From Terrimicrobiaceae bacterium (GTDB lineage: Bacteria; Verrucomicrobiota; Verrucomicrobiia; Chthoniobacterales; Terrimicrobiaceae): a stretch of DNA of 64,000 nucleotides. Within the stretch, counting starts at the first letter, position 1; each line of letters begins with the position of its first letter. The stretch spans positions 160,001 to 224,000 of the forward strand of contig JBGSVZ010000038.1 of NCBI GenBank assembly GCA_041752695.1, read 5' to 3'. Under the pieces are notes generated by a model. The model did no database searches, was not told the origin of the DNA, and saw only the letters and a program-made list of their open reading frames with translations. Below are positions 59,683-64,000 of the stretch, one piece after another. The position numbers and the translations under genes are program-made.

Positions 59683-59814
59683 GGTTTGTCCTGATAAGCC
59701 GGGGAAAAAACATCTCCGGTTGAGTGGATTTACAGAATCCGAGCCTGAGGCTCGGGAGACCGGGCGGCATCGCCCGGGTGGCGCGATTTGCGGGCACACT
59801 TCGCCCGCGATGCG

Positions 59815-60129
59815 TCAGGACAATTGGGGCGGGTAGTCAATTTCCCGGCGAGGCCCATCGGGGCAGAGTTCGTCGTGACCGGGGAAAGATTGGGAAGCCA
59901 GCGAGACGCCGGGCATGGGATTGGCTTCCGTGAGAATCATCGGCATCTGTGCGTGCAAATGGCAGCACTGATGGTCTGTTGGGCACTCCCTGGAATGGGA
60001 TTGCTCTTCGCAGGATGCCTGTGATTCCGCACAAAAAAAGTCAGCGGAGGCACTGAGCATCGATCCTCCTGCCATCATCAGAATAGCTGCTGTCCAAAAG
60101 ATTCGGACATATTTTCTGATGAAAGACAT
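59815..60129 (-). CDS. small Cys/His-rich exported protein (CzcI-like position)
   Basis: Signal-like N-terminus, CPTDHQCCHLH, C-terminal IDYPPQLS; TTGACA upstream at 60166-60161. Confidence 0.65.
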   Translation of the reverse strand: MSFIRKYVRIFWTAAILMMAGGSMLSASADFFCAESQASCEEQSHSRECPTDHQCCHLHAQMPMILTEANPMPGVSLASQSFPGHDELCPDGPRREIDYPPQLS

Positions 60130-60407
60130 TGCGATTCCATATCGGCAAGGGGGGCTATTTTGTCAATACCTCATTGATAATCCCACGAAGGATTGGAGTA
60201 GTCAGCGGCTTTGGAGACGTCGAAATTGACGCGCCAGTCGAATTGAGGGCGTCCGCAAGGCCGACGTCAGTTCAGCATCAAGAGTGATGGCGAGTTCGCC
60301 TTCGGAAAGCTGACTAAAAAATGCACCCGCCAGATTGCCCGGGGTGGCATGACTGAATGTGAGCGAGTTGACGGCGTCCTGTACCGGTGGGGTCAACCCG
60401 CTGAATC

Positions 60408-60977
60408 TTATGCGAAGGCCAGGATCACACTGCTCAGCATCACGACAGCTCCCGCGACGCGCAGCGCGGGCGCGAAGGAAATGTCTTTCAACGCGATACC
60501 AAGCCCCAGCCCCGCCGCATGCAAGGCCGCCGTCGCAAGTACAAATCCCCCGGCGTAGAGCCCGGCTGAAGCGGCAGCGGGCATTTCGGTGCCGTGCGCA
60601 TGGCCGTGAAAAACGGCGAACGAACCAACGAGCAGCGCTCCCGCCCAGGCCGGAAGCTGCACGGCAAAGGCCACAAGAAGCCCCAGCAAAAAGACGGAGA
60701 CAAGGATGCCTGTTTCCACCATCGGTAGGCTCCATCCCGCCGCCCCAGCCAGACCGCCAAAGGCCATCACTCCGATAAAACTCGCGGGGACTGCCCAGGT
60801 TGCCCGGCCGCCAAGCTGTGCCGCCCAAAGACCGACCGCGATCATGGCCAGCAAATGGTCGAGGCCAAGAAGGGGATGAAAAATGCCGTCGGAGAATCCG
60901 TGAGCGTGACCCGCTCCGGGGTTCGCTTGGGCGAGGGCGGGGCAGAGCAGCAAAAGCGCGGTCAAATTCCGTTTCAT
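60408..60977 (-). CDS. HupE/UreJ nickel/cobalt transporter
   Basis: HPLLGLDHLLAMIAVG, FHGHAHGTE. Confidence 0.92.
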   Translation of the reverse strand: MKRNLTALLLLCPALAQANPGAGHAHGFSDGIFHPLLGLDHLLAMIAVGLWAAQLGGRATWAVPASFIGVMAFGGLAGAAGWSLPMVETGILVSVFLLGLLVAFAVQLPAWAGALLVGSFAVFHGHAHGTEMPAAASAGLYAGGFVLATAALHAAGLGLGIALKDISFAPALRVAGAVVMLSSVILAFA

Positions 60978-61076
60978 GCCCGGCACTATAGCGTGATGGC
61001 TTCCGTTCAAAAGGCGAAAATGTCCCACGGGAAATTAGCTTGATTGATTTTCCGCCAGACGGGAGTTTGCGCGGCC

Positions 61077-61961
61077 ATGAGGGAAAAAATCTTTTTGCTC
61101 CTGGGTGTAATCGCGCTGGCGGGTTGTGCCACCCCATCCGTTCCAGACCGTCCGGTGCCGCGTGCGGAACTGGCTCCGCCTCCTGTTGCTGCCGCGCCGA
61201 TGGGGGACCCGGCGGTCTGGCCCCCGGAAGCGCCGGCGATTTATGCGCGACACGCCATCATGATTGATGCGCAGAGTGGACGGACGCTCTTCCAGAAATT
61301 TGCCGATTCGCCGACGCAGGTGGCGAGCACCCAGAAGCTACTTACGGCCCTGCTCGTCGTCGACCGGGGCGATCTGGATGGTCGGTTGGTGGTCTCCAGG
61401 GCCGACACGATGGTGGAACCGGCGAAGTTGTATTTGAAGGCCGGGCAGTCGTATACGCGGAGGTCGTTGCTGACGGCGATGATGGTGAAAAGTGAAAACG
61501 ATGCCGCTGCCGCGCTGGCCAGCGACCATTCCGGAAGTATGGCGGCTTTTGCCGCGGCGATGAACCGCAAGGCGACTTCACTCGGGGCGCGAAATTCCTA
61601 TTTTGTGAATTCCCACGGTCTGCCCGGTGCCCAGCAGTCCACCGCACGGGACATGGCCCGCATTGCTTTCCGCGCCTATCGGGAACCCGTCCTGCGCCGC
61701 ATGATGAGCATGCAGTATTACACTTTTGTGTATGCCGACGGTCGGACCAAGACCCTGGAAACCACCAACAAGCTGCTGAAGCGCTCACCGGTTTTTAACG
61801 GGATGAAAACCGGCTACACATTTGCGGCGGGACGTTGCCTGATTTCCAGTGCGTCCTTCAACGGTCGCGAGGTCATCCTTGTGCAGTTCGGCAGCAAGAC
61901 GAGTCACATCTTCGATGATGCGGCGAAAATGATGGGTTGGGGGATCACGGGCGGCAGGTAG
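61077..61961 (+). CDS. D-alanyl-D-alanine carboxypeptidase (peptidase S11), lipoprotein
   Basis: LAGC, ASTQK, SEN, KTG. Confidence 0.9.
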   Translation: MREKIFLLLGVIALAGCATPSVPDRPVPRAELAPPPVAAAPMGDPAVWPPEAPAIYARHAIMIDAQSGRTLFQKFADSPTQVASTQKLLTALLVVDRGDLDGRLVVSRADTMVEPAKLYLKAGQSYTRRSLLTAMMVKSENDAAAALASDHSGSMAAFAAAMNRKATSLGARNSYFVNSHGLPGAQQSTARDMARIAFRAYREPVLRRMMSMQYYTFVYADGRTKTLETTNKLLKRSPVFNGMKTGYTFAAGRCLISSASFNGREVILVQFGSKTSHIFDDAAKMMGWGITGGR

Positions 61962-63479
61962 TCAGGCCAGCCCGAGCAGCGGGCACATCACCCGCAGGCC
62001 ACACCAGATCACGGCGAAACCGAGAAGATCAAAAAGAAATCCCGCGCGGAGCATGGCGGGGAGGGGGACCAAGCCCGAGCCGTAAACGATGGCATTTGGC
62101 GGGGTCGAGACTGGGAGCATGAACCCCATACTCGCACCAAGACAGGCACCGAGGGTGGGGGCCACTGGGCTCACGCCCATGGAGTCGGCCAGCGCAATGA
62201 CAACCGGGCAGAGCATGGTGGCCGAGGAGGTGTTTGACGTCGTCTCGGAAAGCACGATGCCGACGGCAATGGCCACGGCAGTAAGCGTCCAGAGGCCGGC
62301 GGCACTGCCGAACCATCCGGAAACGGCGTTGCCGAGTTCCCTGGCGACACCGGTGCTGAACATGAGGGCTCCGAGGGAAAGCCCGCCTCCAAACAGAAGA
62401 ATGATGCCCCAGTCGATTTTCACGGCCTCCTCCCAGACCATGGCCTTGCGGCCCCCTCCGGCTGGCAGAAAAAAAAGCAGGGAAGCCGCCAGCAGAGCGA
62501 CGATGGATTCCGGAAAATGTCGGCTGGCGAACCGCACGGAGGCGTGATCACTGCCCAGGGTGGCTTGGAGCAGTCCCGGACCGATCCACAAAATCACGGC
62601 GAGGCCAAAGACTGCTGCCGTGCTTTTCTGGCCGGACGTCCAGCGGCCCAGGGACCTTCTTTGCTGCGCGAGAAAGGATGCTAAGTCGCCCACCCGCCCC
62701 ATCGAGGCGGGATCGGCGGGATGAAAATAGCGCAGGAGAAAAAAGAGCACCCCGAACATCACTGCGAAAATCGGGAGGGTTAACAGAACCCAGGTGAAAA
62801 AACTGATTTCGATGCCCGCGAGTTTTTCCAACTGTCCGGCTGCGATCAGGTTGGGAGGGGAACCGACGGGAGTGACGATTCCTCCGATGGATGCGGCATA
62901 CGCCAGCATGAGCATCATGCCGGTGGCATAGGTATTGTTGCGCAGGACTTCGCTTCCGGTAAGGCTGCGCAGCACCCCGAAGGCGATGGGTAAAAAGATG
63001 GCGGTGGTCGCGGTGTTGCTCACCCACATGGACACCAGCGCCGCCACCAGTCCCATGGCGGCCAATACCCGGCCGGGGCTTTTGCTCACGCCGGGGAAGG
63101 AAAGCACGCCCAGCGCGACCCTGCGGTCGAGCCCGTGCATCATCATGGCCCTGGCCAGAATGAATCCGCCGATGAAGATAAAAACAATGGGGTCGGCAAA
63201 TGGCGCGAGCACGGTTTTGGCATCGGCCACGCCAAGCACAATGTTGAGCACGGCCCCGAGGAGCGCGGTGACGGGAAGGGGAATTGATTCGGTCAGCCAG
63301 AACAGCACCATCAGCGCCAGCACGGCACTGAGACGACTCGCCTCGGGAGAGAGGAAGGACGAGGTCCACCATAGCATGAGAATAAACCCCACCGGAGCGA
63401 GGAAAAATCCCGATTTCCGACGGATGATTTCGAAACGCTCTTCAGCCTCGCTGAGAGCCTCCGTGGGGGCGGTTTGCAT
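61962..63479 (-). CDS. DASS/SLC13 anion symporter
   Basis: SMWVSNTAT, TPVGSPPN, SNTS, FMLPVSTPPNA. Confidence 0.9.
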   Translation of the reverse strand: MQTAPTEALSEAEERFEIIRRKSGFFLAPVGFILMLWWTSSFLSPEASRLSAVLALMVLFWLTESIPLPVTALLGAVLNIVLGVADAKTVLAPFADPIVFIFIGGFILARAMMMHGLDRRVALGVLSFPGVSKSPGRVLAAMGLVAALVSMWVSNTATTAIFLPIAFGVLRSLTGSEVLRNNTYATGMMLMLAYAASIGGIVTPVGSPPNLIAAGQLEKLAGIEISFFTWVLLTLPIFAVMFGVLFFLLRYFHPADPASMGRVGDLASFLAQQRRSLGRWTSGQKSTAAVFGLAVILWIGPGLLQATLGSDHASVRFASRHFPESIVALLAASLLFFLPAGGGRKAMVWEEAVKIDWGIILLFGGGLSLGALMFSTGVARELGNAVSGWFGSAAGLWTLTAVAIAVGIVLSETTSNTSSATMLCPVVIALADSMGVSPVAPTLGACLGASMGFMLPVSTPPNAIVYGSGLVPLPAMLRAGFLFDLLGFAVIWCGLRVMCPLLGLA

Positions 63480-63576
63480 AGGGGTGTGTCTGGCAGAATT
63501 TCCGATAACGGCCAAGGAATTCCGTGGCATGCCGAGGCGGTGGTCATGCGCGGGCAGGTCCCCACGGGCGATTTGC

Positions 63577-64000
63577 TTAGAGCACGTAGTCGCCCATGTA
63601 CATCTTCAGCCTCAGATGGCCGGCCTGTTCGCCCGCGCGCAGGAGGTCCTGGCCGGCCTCGTCGTAGCGGCCGGAAAGTCCGACGAGGCGGATAATTTCG
63701 TGGGAAGGAAATTCGCGATGGAGCATCGAGACGCGAAGGTCGGCGATCCATTCGCGCCACCCAGCGAGAAGCGTGTTCAATTTGTCGGCATCGATGCGGG
63801 GAGGTTCGGCGGTTTCGAGTGAGGTCTCGTGCGCCGCCAGGTGATTCTGCATTTCGGCCTCCAGTTGAGTGACCTGCGCGCGGCCCGACTCCGCGTGATC
63901 GGAAGGCAGGAGGGGGACCATGCGGCCGACGACGACCGTGAGTTGTCCGCTCACGCGGCGGAGCATGTTGAGGTAGGCGCTGAGAAGCTCCCGCTCGCCG
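63577..64000 (-). CDS. C-terminal part of a protein running off the window (possibly FUSC-like)
   Basis: Helical ORF open to the window edge; no diagnostic motif. Confidence 0.5.
   Translation of the reverse strand, partial: GERELLSAYLNMLRRVSGQLTVVVGRMVPLLPSDHAESGRAQVTQLEAEMQNHLAAHETSLETAEPPRIDADKLNTLLAGWREWIADLRVSMLHREFPSHEIIRLVGLSGRYDEAGQDLLRAGEQAGHLRLKMYMGDYVL

Noticed and set aside
60130..60407. Possible NiCo or cobalamin riboswitch, or ORF 60202-61137
   Set aside because: No riboswitch consensus recognised; the ORF is an off-frame overlap of hupE.

Overview
GC-rich bacterial DNA, probably Verrucomicrobia (inferred from the DGDGDG..LLEYAFG-type secretion tail, the LacI type and a sulfatase-rich CAZyme cluster without SusC/D). 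The window has four blocks. (1) 1-42.3 kb is a large polysaccharide-utilisation region: 3 Cys-type sulfatases, 2 GH29 fucosidases, 2 GH50-like, GH16, GH31, 2 GH43, a GH32/43-like propeller, 2 tandem GH2-like TIM barrels, 3 GH128-like proteins, an O-acetylesterase, 2 paralogous uncharacterised GH9-like proteins flanking an AraC gene, an ExuT-like MFS, an FAD oxidoreductase, araBAD and LacI. Two decayed gene relics (GH29, sulfatase) sit in apparently intergenic DNA. (2) 42.3-48.2 kb is a defence island: RHH regulator, C5-DNA methyltransferase, McrB (NxD type) and DUF2357/PD-(D/E)xK McrC, plus a divergent RelB/RelE-like pair. An AT-richer patch coincides with loss of MTase motifs IX-X and carries an HNH-type N-terminal domain of McrB. 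(3) 48.2-53 kb is housekeeping: mscS, prfB with its programmed +1 frameshift, ftsB-like, eno and an amidase. (4) 53.2-64 kb holds a czcCBA-like efflux cluster with small His/Cys-rich accessory genes, hupE/ureJ, a DD-carboxypeptidase, a DASS permease and a partial ORF. Two REP doublets of one family were found. No CRISPR array, rRNA, tRNA or transposase was seen. All family calls come from motif recognition by eye, not database searches.
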